Below are positions 36,059 to 36,647 of a stretch of 36,647 nt of DNA, in pieces. Location: positions 1 to 36,647 of IMG/VR virus record IMGVR_UViG_3300037483_000274; one strand, 5' to 3'. A program made the translations under genes and the position numbers. The first letter of the stretch is position 1. Every line of letters begins with the position of its first letter. The DNA is from a virus. Lineage: Duplodnaviria; Caudoviricetes. The notes beneath the pieces were generated by a model that was given only the letters and a program-made list of their open reading frames with translations, made no database searches and was not told where the DNA came from.

Positions 36059-36208
36059 ATGGTTGTCTACCTATTTTATGACCCGGAGAAGGAGGCTCCG
36101 GGTGAGGTGCTCAACCGGTATTTGTTTGAAGCTGCTATTTCCGATAGAGCCGAAGTCAATAAAAATGTAATAGTGTTGCCCGAGATATTAAAATTTCTGG
36201 CCGAATAA
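36059..36208 (+). CDS. Hypothetical protein
   Basis: GAGG RBS before ATG 36059. Confidence 0.5.
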   Translation: MVVYLFYDPEKEAPGEVLNRYLFEAAISDRAEVNKNVIVLPEILKFLAE

Positions 36209-36230
36209 AAACAAAAAAGGAGTATTGAAA

Positions 36231-36647
36231 ATGTCTGAATCAATTATGAATCTGATCGAACGCCTTGTTACCGCGCATGAGCGCATCGCTGCGGCCCTGG
36301 AAAACGAATCCCTTACCATTTTGGAGGGGGACTCAGAAAATGCTGTCGTCTACGAAAAGATTGAGCCCGTTACAGATCCCACGATCAACCGGGAAGATGT
36401 GCTGGCCCGAGCAAAAGAACTCGGTTTGTCCATTAAAAAAAGAGAGCGGACGTCTGATATACAGGCCCGCATAGCCGCAGTTGAGGCCGATATGGATGGT
36501 ATAACAGAAGACCCCGGCATCCAAGCCGCCCAAGCCGCCCAAGCCGCCCAAGCCGCCCAAGCCGCCCAAGCCGCCCAAGCCGCCCAAGCCGCCCAAGCCG
36601 CCCAAGCCGCCCAAGCCGCCCAAGCCGCCCAAGCCGCCCAAGCCGCC
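36231..36647 (+). CDS. 5' part of the (QAA)n-linker protein; continues at position 2
   Basis: AAGGAG RBS; MSESIMNLIERLVTAHERIAAALE... stays open into (QAA)n at the contig end; missed by the ORF track because it has no stop. Confidence 0.85.
   Translation, partial: MSESIMNLIERLVTAHERIAAALENESLTILEGDSENAVVYEKIEPVTDPTINREDVLARAKELGLSIKKRERTSDIQARIAAVEADMDGITEDPGIQAAQAAQAAQAAQAAQAAQAAQAAQAAQAAQAAQAAQAAQAA
36521..36647 (+). repeat. 9-bp tandem repeat (CAAGCCGCC)n, right contig end
   Basis: Perfect periodicity over 127 nt. Confidence 0.98.

Noticed and set aside
36333-36641. Minus-strand (GGL)n ORF
   Set aside because: Antisense shadow of the (QAA)n repeat; the + frame has an RBS and continues across the ends.
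1-36647. tRNA, rRNA, integrase or att site
   Set aside because: None recognised by eye; tRNAscan and HMM searches are needed to exclude them formally.

Overview
The window looks like an essentially complete, circularly permuted ~36.6 kb dsDNA phage genome of podovirus type, with two converging arms. The + arm (35114 to the end, continuing 1-8329) carries a pentapeptide-repeat protein, a (QAA)n-linker protein that spans the contig ends, a Cas4-like DUF2800 exonuclease, a DUF2815 SSB, a family A DNA polymerase and small accessory genes including an HD hydrolase. The - arm (34903 to 8483) carries a Cro-like regulator, primase-polymerase/helicase, SF2 helicase, a frameshifted GGQ release-factor-like gene, a dATP/dGTP diphosphohydrolase-like gene, RuvC, terminases, a P22-like head/tail/ejection module and a lysis cassette. 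Both ends stop in exactly 127 nt of the same 9-bp repeat, suggesting an assembly break. I saw no integrase, tRNA, CRISPR array or reverse transcriptase. Top leads: (1) the GGQ gene needs a +1 frameshift to be full length; (2) two tail-module proteins carry signal peptides; (3) a sigma54-type promoter with an IHF site precedes the accessory operon; (4) a stand-alone paralog of the primase-helicase C-terminal domain sits beside a hairpin-rich non-coding region; (5) the terS leader hairpin exposes an anti-SD/anti-start loop. All family assignments come from motif recognition by eye, with no database searches.
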